Positions 36,370 through 46,242 of a stretch of DNA of 64,000 bases are shown here, in pieces (position 1 is the first letter of the stretch; the number at the start of each line of letters is the position of its first letter). The stretch covers positions 88,483 through 152,482 of IMG/VR virus record IMGVR_UViG_3300026097_000010. One strand, written 5' to 3'. Position numbers and translations under genes: made by a program. The DNA comes from a virus. The notes under the pieces are model-generated. The model was not told the DNA's origin. It did no database searches and saw nothing but the letters and a program-made list of their open reading frames with translations.

Positions 36370-38751
36370 ATGTCCTACTTAATTAATAAATTCAACGGAG
36401 ACGAACTAGTCATCTTAGAAGATGGAACAGTTAATGTATCCACTAGTTTAGGATTGGTCGGTAGAAACTACGTCGGATACGGAGAAATACAAAATGAAAA
36501 TTTTGTATTTCTATTGGAAAATTTTGCAAATGCCGAAGCTCCAAGCAGGCCCATTACCGGACAATTATGGTATGACACTGATATAGAAACTCTTAAAATA
36601 TATAACGGTAACGCCTGGGGAATTGTAGGATCTGCTCAACTTAGCGACACAGCACCTGAGGATAAAAGAGAAGGCAGTTTATGGATTGACACTGTTAATA
36701 ATATATTATACGTATGGTCCGGTGCAGAATGGATTTTTATAGGGCCAGAATCTGCTCCGGGATTTGGGGTTACTAGAGCCAGGTCGGCCACAGTAATTGA
36801 CAACACCGAGTTAGGCCATCCAGTTATCTTGTTAACCATTAATGATACTGTAATCGGTATAATTGCTAACGATTCATTTAGATTATCGGGCGATCCGGGC
36901 GATTCTTTTAATGGATTTTTAGATATTGAGCCGGGTATAAATTTATCAAATACTGTAACTGTAAACGGTGACTTAAAAGGTACAGCATCTAGAGCAACGG
37001 TTTTAGAAACCAGAAGAACAATAAATGGAATTGGATTCGACGGCTCTCAAAATATAACAATTACCGCAAATACAACCAATCATTTAGTTTCGGGACCGTA
37101 TATATCCGGTTCGGATTTTAACGGGTCTACTCAAGTAACCTGGGAAGTAGACGCTAGTCCAGAAAATCGAGCAGGTAAAATAGTAGCAAGAAATGCAAAC
37201 GGTGACTTCAGTGCAAATATTATTACATCTGATGTCGTAGGAAATCTAACAGGAAACGTAAATTCTACAGGAACAAGCAATTTTAATATTGTAACAGCTA
37301 GCGAATTTAGAGGTGCAGTACTAACTGGAAATGCGTTTACAGCAACTAAATTAAATAACTCTAGAGAAATTAACGGAGTAGAGTTTGACGGAAGTCAAAA
37401 CATCACTGTTCCTGTAAGCGGTAGAGATGTTACAGGAGACACTCTTGCGTCTGCTGTTAAATTTTCGTCTTTGCAATCTGTTGGTGTACTACAAAGTTTA
37501 GATGTAGACAACACAGGAATAGAAATTGGATCCGGAAAAGAATTAAAATTATCGGTCGATAGCGGTGCTCCTGTAATCGAAAGTAGTCAAGCAAGCCTAA
37601 CGTTAGAAATAGATCAAGGATCTAGTAGAGTTCAATTTTTGTCTTCCAGTGTTATAGATGGTTCAGACAATCCTACAATATCGGCACAGAACTGGAATAT
37701 TGGATCTCCAGCAGAAACATTAGATAACATATACGCAGATAATTTTATAGGTAGATTAGTAGGTAATTCTGATACAGCTACACTTGCTACTACAGCTACA
37801 AATATTCAAGGCGGCGGCCTAGGTGCTATTCCGTATCAAACCGCATCAGGAACTACTAGTTTTGTTGCTCCTCTTGCTAATAAAATTTTAAGATCAAACG
37901 GCTCAGGAGTGCCATCTTGGGGAGAAGCTACCTTTGCAGATCTTATCCCTGGAGATTATATAAACGGATCGACATATACAGGTCTTTCGGAAGAAACATG
38001 GAGTATAAATGCTACCGATGCTAATACTTCTTCTGCAATTGTAGCAAGAGACACAAATGGTAATTTTAGTGCAGGAACAATCACGGCAGACTTATCAGGT
38101 ACCGCATCTCAAGCAACTTCTGTGTATATTGAGGAAACCGGAACCGGCGGCGGGCTATTCACTAGCGGTGATCCTAACGAGGATTTTAACGTTGTATTCC
38201 AAGGAGAGTCCAGTGCCGGTGATAGATTTACTAATTTGCAAGTTGACAACGGTGGCCTCCAATTTAATCCTTTTACTAACACCATTTCAGGAACAAACTT
38301 AACTTTAGATGGTAGAGCAACAGATAATGTAGAAAAAGCCGGCGATACAATGACAGGTTCATTAACATTGAATGCCGATCCAACTGCAAACTTGCATGCC
38401 GCTACAAAACAATATGTTGATTCGGTAGTACAGACTGAAATTACAGCATTAGGAGCAGGGTTAGTAAGAGCATTTGTAAAATTTGATGGTAGTGATCTTA
38501 ACATTGCAAACACGTTAAATGTATCTGCTGTACAAAGAATTTCAGCAGGTAGGTATCGTCTAACATTTATTCCAGGAACATTTGAAAACGCCGATTATGT
38601 TATGAGCGGTATGGCAAGTGATACCGATCATTTTGTGGCGTTTAGGAATTCTTCAGTAGATAGCGTTGATATTTTTACGGTTGACAACGGTTCGGGAAAT
38701 AATACTCCTAGCAATACCAGCGGAGCCGTAATGGTAACGTTCTTTACATAA
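36370..38751 (+). CDS. Tail fibre-like protein (paralogue 3)
   Basis: Same anchor; two R-x-INGxxFDGSQNIT repeats, IVARxxNGxFSA repeats, HAATKQYVD. Confidence 0.8.
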   Translation: MSYLINKFNGDELVILEDGTVNVSTSLGLVGRNYVGYGEIQNENFVFLLENFANAEAPSRPITGQLWYDTDIETLKIYNGNAWGIVGSAQLSDTAPEDKREGSLWIDTVNNILYVWSGAEWIFIGPESAPGFGVTRARSATVIDNTELGHPVILLTINDTVIGIIANDSFRLSGDPGDSFNGFLDIEPGINLSNTVTVNGDLKGTASRATVLETRRTINGIGFDGSQNITITANTTNHLVSGPYISGSDFNGSTQVTWEVDASPENRAGKIVARNANGDFSANIITSDVVGNLTGNVNSTGTSNFNIVTASEFRGAVLTGNAFTATKLNNSREINGVEFDGSQNITVPVSGRDVTGDTLASAVKFSSLQSVGVLQSLDVDNTGIEIGSGKELKLSVDSGAPVIESSQASLTLEIDQGSSRVQFLSSSVIDGSDNPTISAQNWNIGSPAETLDNIYADNFIGRLVGNSDTATLATTATNIQGGGLGAIPYQTASGTTSFVAPLANKILRSNGSGVPSWGEATFADLIPGDYINGSTYTGLSEETWSINATDANTSSAIVARDTNGNFSAGTITADLSGTASQATSVYIEETGTGGGLFTSGDPNEDFNVVFQGESSAGDRFTNLQVDNGGLQFNPFTNTISGTNLTLDGRATDNVEKAGDTMTGSLTLNADPTANLHAATKQYVDSVVQTEITALGAGLVRAFVKFDGSDLNIANTLNVSAVQRISAGRYRLTFIPGTFENADYVMSGMASDTDHFVAFRNSSVDSVDIFTVDNGSGNNTPSNTSGAVMVTFFT

Positions 38752-38776
38752 ATATTAGACAACATAGGAAATAATA

Positions 38777-40606
38777 ATGTCATATCAGGTAGACAAATTT
38801 AATGGAACATTTCTAACAGCGGTTGAAGATGGAACCATCGATACAACCACGGATATTCGACTTGTTGGTAAAAATTATGCTGGTTACGGCGAAGTTCAAA
38901 ATGAAAATTTTGTTCATATGCTTGAACATTTTGCTAATACAACTGCTCCTCCGAGATCAATTACAGGCCAAATTTGGTTCGATTCTACAACTACTGAGAA
39001 AAAATTAAAGTATTACGACGGTACCAGATGGAAAGTGATAGGCGGCGCACAAGTAAGTTCTTCTGCTCCTGCTGGATTATCGAAAGGTGAATTCTGGTGG
39101 GACGATTCGGCTAAACAATTATATACCTGGTCCGGAACAGATTTTATTTTGGTAGGTCCAGAAACCAGCCCCGAGCTTGGCGCAACTGGCTTAACAGCTC
39201 GAACAGTAAAAGATGACCAAGAAAACGATAAAACAATTTTACAATTAACCGCTAATGATATTCCAGTAGCTATTATTAGTTCTGAAGAATTTAATCTTAA
39301 TAAAACATCAGGACTATATGAAGATTTAACAGCATTTAATTTAATCGGTAAAGGCATAACAATTGCAGGTGCTACTACCGGTATTTCAGACGCCAATAAC
39401 TACAAGTACAGAGGCACAGCTACAAACTCTGATCGACTCGGCGGATTCGCAGTAGACCAATTTGTGAGAACTGGGTCTATCATATTCGATGAAACTATTT
39501 CTTTTGGAAAAACTGGATTTATAGTAGGAATAGATGATCCTTTAGATTTAGTTGGAAATTTACATATTAAAACAGAAACTTTCCGTCCGAGTATTTTTGA
39601 TCAACCGCAAGAGCGTACAGTTTTAGATTCCGTTAAAAATGAAAATGTTGTCTTTAGATTTACAGATGACCTAATTGAATTAACACCGAATTCTATAATT
39701 CCAGGACAACACAATACATACGATATAGGTATTGATGACGAGCAAACCCCATCAAATAACAGATATTTTAGAAATATATATTCTACTAATTTTATCGGAA
39801 CATTACAAGGTAATGTTGTTGGAAATGTGACTGGTAACATAACCGGAAATGTAATTAATGATACAGGATCGGTAATTGTAAGTGCTGAAACCAATTCTGT
39901 TGGTAATTCGACCACAACTTATTCTGGAACATTTAATGGCAATGTTGTAGGAGAATTACAAGGTAATGCATCAAATGCAATTACATTAGGAAATAATCTT
40001 CCAGTAGAGTCTGTACCGTCAGGCGCAGATAAGCGTTCGATACCTGTACGAGACGCCGACGGTGACATTTATGCTACTAATTTTGTCGGAACAGCATCGA
40101 ATGCTAACAGGCTTAAAATAGACGATAGTGCAACTGACCCAGACTCTAATTATCGTTCAGCAAAAACTACAGCAACAGCAAATACCATTGTAGCAAGAGA
40201 CGGTGCCTCGGATATCTATGCCAATATATTTAACGGAACAGCTACATCAGCTAGATATGCTGACCTAGCAGAAAAATATTTAACTGATAACGATTATGAA
40301 CCCGGAACGGTTGTTGCTGTAGGAGGCGAAGCTGAAGTAACGGCCTGTACACCTGGATCTCATGCAATTGGTGTAGTTTCAACAGATCCTGCATTTATGA
40401 TGAATAAAGACCTTGAAGGAGGCACATATATTGCACTGAAAGGCCGAGTCCCAGTCAAGGTAGGGGGCAAGGTTAAAAAGGGAGACACATTAGTTGCAGG
40501 CGTAAACGGATATGCGGTATCAGGTTCAGAAGGACACATATTCGGTATAGCTCTAGAAACTAACGATAACGAATCAGTTAAACTTATTGAATCGGTAATT
40601 TTATAA
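38777..40606 (+). CDS. Tail fibre-like protein (paralogue 4) with C-terminal ADLAE chaperone/peptidase-like domain
   Basis: Same anchor; GNVxG repeats; C-terminal YADLAEKY...PGTVV...GVVST.P...IALKGRVPVKV. Preceded by ATAAATA at 38748-38754. Confidence 0.75.
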   Translation: MSYQVDKFNGTFLTAVEDGTIDTTTDIRLVGKNYAGYGEVQNENFVHMLEHFANTTAPPRSITGQIWFDSTTTEKKLKYYDGTRWKVIGGAQVSSSAPAGLSKGEFWWDDSAKQLYTWSGTDFILVGPETSPELGATGLTARTVKDDQENDKTILQLTANDIPVAIISSEEFNLNKTSGLYEDLTAFNLIGKGITIAGATTGISDANNYKYRGTATNSDRLGGFAVDQFVRTGSIIFDETISFGKTGFIVGIDDPLDLVGNLHIKTETFRPSIFDQPQERTVLDSVKNENVVFRFTDDLIELTPNSIIPGQHNTYDIGIDDEQTPSNNRYFRNIYSTNFIGTLQGNVVGNVTGNITGNVINDTGSVIVSAETNSVGNSTTTYSGTFNGNVVGELQGNASNAITLGNNLPVESVPSGADKRSIPVRDADGDIYATNFVGTASNANRLKIDDSATDPDSNYRSAKTTATANTIVARDGASDIYANIFNGTATSARYADLAEKYLTDNDYEPGTVVAVGGEAEVTACTPGSHAIGVVSTDPAFMMNKDLEGGTYIALKGRVPVKVGGKVKKGDTLVAGVNGYAVSGSEGHIFGIALETNDNESVKLIESVIL

Positions 40607-41544
40607 TGGCATTAGGCGGTGATATTGAAGCTCTCGATTACAATACTATTCGAGAAAAAATAAGTGAAGTTTTAGGAACTGGCGCAGGAACATACGGCTA
40701 CGGTCAATCTTTACAGAGTAGCGCAGTGTTTTCTGGAGACACCATTACAAAAGCACAATGGAACAATTTAAGATTTGATATATTAAACACACTAATACAT
40801 CAACGTGGAACAGGATCCTTGGTTGAGATAGCGGACAGTCAATTAATCGATGATACTGCAGCCGATCCGGTAATAAACTTTAATACACAGACAGATCTAG
40901 CTAGACTCAATAGATTTAACATAGACACTACCAGACGAACGGTTTCGGCTATCGGCTCGGGTAATGCTACACCTACTCCGGTAGAAGGAGAATATGTTTA
41001 TTCATCTCCTTGGAGTAGTCTTTTAGAAATAGAATTAACATGTACCTTTAATAATTCAAATGAAGCAAGGTATTTTTTTAACAGTGGCGGAAAAATTCAA
41101 GTTACTCCGTCGATTGAAGGATTTACTTCTACTCAACAAACCGAAAGTTGGAGTACTTTATTTTCTCAGGTAGGAACTCAATCGTTTGGTGCAGATACTG
41201 ATCCTGCAGTTAATTATTATAGTTTGACAGATCAATATCAAACATACTACCTTGCCACCGCAAGTGCTTCGTATGCAAATAACTCTGTACAGCTGAAAGC
41301 AAAAACAAATGTTGCTGACAATTCGACCGGAACAGCCACTATCTTATACATTAAAGTTTCGTTGGTCGACGGTTATGTTGATCCTGATGTATCATCGCCT
41401 ACAAATAATCCTCCCGATGACGTTGTTGACGGCACGACAAAATTAACATTTACAGAATTAAAAGACGACGGATCTCTACAACCATCCGGAAGCTTTTCTA
41501 TAACCAGCCCGTTTTATAGTTTTGGTTCGTTTTCTGCAAGCTGA
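40606..41544 (+). CDS. Virion structural protein (paralogue A)
   Basis: GYGQ...WNNLRFDI and ARYFFNSGGKIQ shared with the next gene; at the end of the tail operon. Confidence 0.6.
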   Translation: MALGGDIEALDYNTIREKISEVLGTGAGTYGYGQSLQSSAVFSGDTITKAQWNNLRFDILNTLIHQRGTGSLVEIADSQLIDDTAADPVINFNTQTDLARLNRFNIDTTRRTVSAIGSGNATPTPVEGEYVYSSPWSSLLEIELTCTFNNSNEARYFFNSGGKIQVTPSIEGFTSTQQTESWSTLFSQVGTQSFGADTDPAVNYYSLTDQYQTYYLATASASYANNSVQLKAKTNVADNSTGTATILYIKVSLVDGYVDPDVSSPTNNPPDDVVDGTTKLTFTELKDDGSLQPSGSFSITSPFYSFGSFSAS

Positions 41545-41568
41545 TAAAATACATAGGTAAATAAAAAC

Positions 41569-42633
41569 ATGGCAGGAGTTGGACTTAAAATAAAAGTTGA
41601 TGATTTCAATAATCTACAAGAAGATGTTGAAAAAATCTTAGGTTCTTCGTTTACAACCGATCCTCAGTTTGGTTATGGTCAACCAGTACGAAGTTCTCAG
41701 GTAACTGTATCTGACAAAGTTTCTGTAAGTGATTTTTCTGCATTAAGGGCTGATATTGTTAATATTGCACTTCATCAAACAGGAACCCTTCCAAGTGACG
41801 CCGTTGGCGAAGATAATTTAATTACACCAATTGAAGACGAAATAATAAGATTTGATACCACCGACGAACCTTTTGATCAGTATGTAAATTTAACTACAAC
41901 ATTGCTGTCTAATACATTCGATATAAACGAAAATTATCGACAAACAGTTAATATATTAGTTGATTCTGACGATCCGGATACAGAAACACCTATTTTAAGG
42001 AACTGGGATCCTGCACTAGGAGAGCAATGGGGTGTTGAAGATACCGGAATAGAAGTAACTGTAACTGTGGATTTTTCATCGGCTGGCGCCGCCCGTCATT
42101 TTTTTAACAGTGGCGGAAAAATTCAATTCAGTTCTAGAAGATACGGCGGAACTGTTAGTGGCGGCACACAAACTATCCGAGCCCAAAACGAAAACTGGTC
42201 AAATTTCTTATTACTTAATGTAGGCACAAGAGAATTTGGAGGCAACACACCCGGAACAGGAGTGTCTCCAAGTAACGGACTAAATTTTTATAGATTAAGA
42301 AGCACCTATCAAGATCCTTTTGTAGATTTATCATCTTCGAGTGTGTACTCAAACAACTATTTTCAAATTTGGGCCAGAACGCCCGATGTTGCTGATAACG
42401 ACGACGGAGAAGCCAAAACTATAGAATTTACAGTTCGATGGATTGACGACCATGTTCCTATACTCGATTCTCCGGTCGATGGTGTTGACGGCACAATTGA
42501 ATTGTACATCCAATCTTTAGAGCCAGTTCAAACTTTATTTCCTAGCGGCCAGTGGGAAGTAGAAAGACCGACTATAACAAGTTTCACAGATATTACAACT
42601 GTAGATCCATCAAATCGTTCAGCCACTCCTTAA
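41569..42633 (+). CDS. Virion structural protein (paralogue B)
   Basis: GYGQ...LRADI and ARHFFNSGGKIQ; preceded by GTAAATA at 41557-41563. Confidence 0.6.
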   Translation: MAGVGLKIKVDDFNNLQEDVEKILGSSFTTDPQFGYGQPVRSSQVTVSDKVSVSDFSALRADIVNIALHQTGTLPSDAVGEDNLITPIEDEIIRFDTTDEPFDQYVNLTTTLLSNTFDINENYRQTVNILVDSDDPDTETPILRNWDPALGEQWGVEDTGIEVTVTVDFSSAGAARHFFNSGGKIQFSSRRYGGTVSGGTQTIRAQNENWSNFLLLNVGTREFGGNTPGTGVSPSNGLNFYRLRSTYQDPFVDLSSSSVYSNNYFQIWARTPDVADNDDGEAKTIEFTVRWIDDHVPILDSPVDGVDGTIELYIQSLEPVQTLFPSGQWEVERPTITSFTDITTVDPSNRSATP

Positions 42634-42648
42634 AATTTATCTACCAAG

Positions 42649-42683
42649 TTGACATAATATAAATAATATGCTACTATTATAAT
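42649..42683 (+). promoter_or_regulatory. Composite promoter: sigma70 consensus with nested gp55 late promoter
   Basis: TTGACA (42649-42654)-N17-TACTAT (42672-42677) with extended TG; perfect TATAAATA at 42658-42665 in the spacer; SD AGGAG downstream. Confidence 0.75.
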
Positions 42684-42698
42684 GTAGGAGTATATTAT

Positions 42699-43052
42699 AT
42701 GGATGAACGCTTAAAAAATGCACTAGAGTTCGCAAATTATCGACAAACACTGTCGGCACAACGAAAGATTCTTAAAGAAAAAAGTCAAGCAAAGTTAACA
42801 TATGGATTTAACGGTGGTCTTTTTAAAATCGATCAAACGCTAATTAACTTTATTTTTACATTAGAATCTGCAGGAAGAATTACAAATGTAGTAATTTTAG
42901 ATTCTAATGAAAACCCGATTTTAATTGAAGATTTGAATAAGTTTAAAGACGAAGTGTTTGACAGATATTTCACTGTAACTAATGAATATTATGAAGAATA
43001 CAAGAAAATTAAATCTAGTAGAACAATAGAAAAACTTATTAGTTATGAATAA
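42699..43052 (+). CDS. Hypothetical protein (first gene of modification operon)
   Basis: 117-aa ORF with AGGAG SD; no recognisable motif. Confidence 0.7.
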   Translation: MDERLKNALEFANYRQTLSAQRKILKEKSQAKLTYGFNGGLFKIDQTLINFIFTLESAGRITNVVILDSNENPILIEDLNKFKDEVFDRYFTVTNEYYEEYKKIKSSRTIEKLISYE

Positions 43053-43908
43053 GGGTGTTGTTCTGTTTGCGCATAATAATAGAAAAATTGACTATGCACT
43101 AATGTCTGTAATTTCCGGCGGATTTGCAAAAAAACATCTGAAAGTTCCTGTTAGTTTAATTACTGACAGTTCTACGCTTGACTGGATGAAAAAATCTAAA
43201 ATTTATTCTAAAGCTAAATCTGTTTTTGATAAAATTATATTAACTGATCGCCCCGAAACTAATAATAATAGAATTTTATATGACGGTCTTGAAAAAGACG
43301 TTGTGCCTTTCAATAATAGTAATAGATCATCTGTGTGGGAATTAACACCCTATGATAGAACACTCTTAATAGACAGTGATTATTTAATTATGTCTCAAGA
43401 TTTATCAAAATATTGGAGTGTCGACTCGGATTTATTAATTTCCTCAGCCATAAATGATCCAATCGGTGATAAAAGAACCGGATATTTAGATAAACATGTT
43501 TCTGCGACTGGTGTAAAATTATTTTGGGCAACGACAGTTATGTTTACCAAAAACGAAAAAACAAAAAAGTTTTTTGAAACAGTAGATCTAATAAAAGAAA
43601 AATACAATATGTTTAGCGACATTTACAGATTTAGTAATACCCAGTATAGAAATGATATCAGTTTCAGTATTGCTAAACATATTTTTGATGGTTTTCAAGA
43701 ATTATACTCGTATGATTTGCCAGAAGTGTTGACGTTTACTGATAAAGATATTTTACAAGAAGTTACTAAAACTGGAGATCTAATATTTTTAGTAAGCGAA
43801 ACATTTAATGATAACTATTTTCCAATTTTAATTAAAGATCGAGACGTACACATTATCAATAAACAGAGTATTACTAGACATTCTAAAAAATTGTTGGATC
43901 TTATATGA
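43045..43908 (+). CDS. Glycosyltransferase-like protein (GT-A fold, GT8-like)
   Basis: TPYDRTLLIDSDYL DxD motif, RND motif, N-terminal GVVLFA strand. Confidence 0.6.
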   Translation: MNKGVVLFAHNNRKIDYALMSVISGGFAKKHLKVPVSLITDSSTLDWMKKSKIYSKAKSVFDKIILTDRPETNNNRILYDGLEKDVVPFNNSNRSSVWELTPYDRTLLIDSDYLIMSQDLSKYWSVDSDLLISSAINDPIGDKRTGYLDKHVSATGVKLFWATTVMFTKNEKTKKFFETVDLIKEKYNMFSDIYRFSNTQYRNDISFSIAKHIFDGFQELYSYDLPEVLTFTDKDILQEVTKTGDLIFLVSETFNDNYFPILIKDRDVHIINKQSITRHSKKLLDLI

Positions 43909-44744
43909 ATTTTGGATACTTGCTCTTTGTATCAGATCACGATACTATTGATTACACCAAGCTTGCGTATGCTTTAGCCCTTAGTATCAAGGGTACACAA
44001 AAGCCAGGTTATGATAAAGTAGCACTAGTAATAGATAATCCTGACAGGTTGCATGAGCTAAACAGCTCATGGGTGTTTGACGAAGTTATCGAATGGAGTG
44101 AGCAAGCAGGATGGGATGGAAGATCATGGATGGACAAACTAAGTCCTTGGGAATACACCGTTTGTTTAGATTCCGATATGTTATTTTTGCGTGATTACAG
44201 TCACTGGATTGATTATTTTATCGAAAATACAGAATTATATGTTTCTAATAAAAGTTATACATACAGAGGACACAAAGTTACTAACGATTACTATAGGAAA
44301 ACATTTACAAAAAATGATCTTCCGAATTTGTATAGCTTTTATACATTTTTTAAAAAAAATAGTAATTTATCACAGGAATTTTTTGAATTAGGTAGATATA
44401 TAATTAAAAATCCTATAGAATTTTCAAATAAATTTCTATCAAAATTGAAACCTAAGGTAATAGGAACAGATGAAGCATTTTCTTTAAGTGCTAAAATTCT
44501 AGACATTCAAGATGAAATTGCGTATGATTTAGAATTTCCAAAAGTTTTACATATGAAAGGACAAATACAGGATTTTCCGTTTCCTGCAGAGTTAGTATCG
44601 GATCACTTAGGGTTTTATTTCGATTCAAATTGCAATTTAAAAGTAGGAAACTATCAGCAGACCGATATTATACACTACGTTGAAAAAGACAAAATAACTT
44701 TAGAAGTTTTGCATTTATTAGAGAAAAAAGTATGGAAGATCTAG
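43905..44744 (+). CDS. Glycosyltransferase-like protein (GT-A fold), paralogue of the preceding gene
   Basis: SPWEYTVCLDSDMLF DxD motif; GTDEAF; LHMK; IHYVEK. Confidence 0.6.
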   Translation: MNFGYLLFVSDHDTIDYTKLAYALALSIKGTQKPGYDKVALVIDNPDRLHELNSSWVFDEVIEWSEQAGWDGRSWMDKLSPWEYTVCLDSDMLFLRDYSHWIDYFIENTELYVSNKSYTYRGHKVTNDYYRKTFTKNDLPNLYSFYTFFKKNSNLSQEFFELGRYIIKNPIEFSNKFLSKLKPKVIGTDEAFSLSAKILDIQDEIAYDLEFPKVLHMKGQIQDFPFPAELVSDHLGFYFDSNCNLKVGNYQQTDIIHYVEKDKITLEVLHLLEKKVWKI

Positions 44745-45358
44745 AGGATATTGGAAGATTAATTAAGGAGTATATATCACAAGAAGTCTCATACTCAGCA
44801 GAATTTAATATAAAAACAGGAAGAGTTGTTAGAGTAGGACCTAGTCATGGGTTTAATTTAGAAAACAAAAATGTAATATCAGTCGACGACGAAATAGCCG
44901 AAAAAATATTATCTGGAGGGCTTTCAATATCTAATTGTTTTGTAGATATTGTAAATGAAACCTTCGAAATCATAGAAACAAAAAGTCTAAGCAAGTTGGA
45001 CGATTTGCTTCATAGGATAATGTATATAGAACATGCTAATATAGAATCTCCTGATTTATATGTGCTGTATGAAAATAATTCTTTGATTGTTGAATTATCA
45101 GAAGAATTAGGAGGATCATATAAGTTATCTAAAAATTTAAACCCGATCAAAAAAAGAAAACTATTGTGGTCGGGCGACACCGATGTAAGCTTTCTTTTAA
45201 CTAGTTATAATGATCCTCATATTGTATTTGATGAATATCAATGCTCATTGCAAGATTTATTAAAAGGGCCTGTTATATTTGATGATGTTAAATTTTCTAA
45301 TAATAATAGCTTATACACTAAAAGATTGTTTAAAAATTATGTAATGGAGATTAAATGA
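44732..45358 (+). CDS. Hypothetical protein
   Basis: 208-aa ORF overlapping its neighbours within the operon. Confidence 0.65.
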   Translation: MEDLEDIGRLIKEYISQEVSYSAEFNIKTGRVVRVGPSHGFNLENKNVISVDDEIAEKILSGGLSISNCFVDIVNETFEIIETKSLSKLDDLLHRIMYIEHANIESPDLYVLYENNSLIVELSEELGGSYKLSKNLNPIKKRKLLWSGDTDVSFLLTSYNDPHIVFDEYQCSLQDLLKGPVIFDDVKFSNNNSLYTKRLFKNYVMEIK

Positions 45359-46242
45359 AGATATTGGATTTTGATATAATATTCCTAAGTTATGATGAGC
45401 CGAATGCAGAAGAACATTATGCAGATTTGTGTAATAAATTACCGTGGGTACAACGTATTCACGGAGTAAAAGGATCTGATGCTGCACATAAGGCAGCAGC
45501 CGAACTAAGTGAAACTGACTGGTTTATAACAATTGATGCTGACAACATAGTTCGTCCCTCATTTTTCGACTTAGATTTAGATATGAGTGATCCGAATATA
45601 GAAGTGTATGGTTGGTGCGGACGTAATAATATTAACGGTCTTCGGTACGGAAACGGAGGCCCTAAGATCTGGAAGAAAGATTTTGTTTTAAATATGAAAA
45701 CACACGAAGCTGCCGAAACAGAAAATGCTCAAGTAGATTTTTGTTGGGAAGCTGGATATAAAAATTTTCCAGTAACCTACAGTGATAGTATAATAAATTC
45801 TACACCTTTTCAAGCATGGCGAGCAGGTTTTAGAGAAGGTGTTAAAATGACACTCAAGGACGGTATTAAAGTACCTCCTCAAGAAATACAACAACATATT
45901 TGGTGGCACAATATACATCGTCTGCGTATGTGGTCAACCGTAGGCTCTCATGTCGAAAACGGAAAATATGCGATTCTTGGAGCTCGCCAAGGAACTCATA
46001 TGACTAACTGTACTGATTGGAATCATGTGCAAGTTAGAGATTTTGAATATCTTAAGGAACTATATAAAGAAATAGTAGAACCTTTAGAAAATAATATTGA
46101 TTCGAAAATTGAACATTTAGGAAAAGAGATTAAGTACGGTCTGGGATTAGATTGGCCAGATTTTGATGCAAGACAGAGCCAATACACACTAGATTTATAT
46201 GAAGAAACACTAAACCTAGGTATAACTTATTATAATGTATGA
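45355..46242 (+). CDS. Glycosyltransferase-like protein (GT2-like GT-A fold)
   Basis: DIIFLSYDEPNA, RIHGVKG...AH.AAA, FITIDADN DxD, YGNGG, AWRAGFREG. Confidence 0.65.
   Translation: MKILDFDIIFLSYDEPNAEEHYADLCNKLPWVQRIHGVKGSDAAHKAAAELSETDWFITIDADNIVRPSFFDLDLDMSDPNIEVYGWCGRNNINGLRYGNGGPKIWKKDFVLNMKTHEAAETENAQVDFCWEAGYKNFPVTYSDSIINSTPFQAWRAGFREGVKMTLKDGIKVPPQEIQQHIWWHNIHRLRMWSTVGSHVENGKYAILGARQGTHMTNCTDWNHVQVRDFEYLKELYKEIVEPLENNIDSKIEHLGKEIKYGLGLDWPDFDARQSQYTLDLYEETLNLGITYYNV

Noticed and set aside
32247-42633. Diversity-generating retroelement or invertible tail-fibre cassette
   Set aside because: No reverse transcriptase or invertase, and no near-identical template/variable repeat pair was seen in this window.
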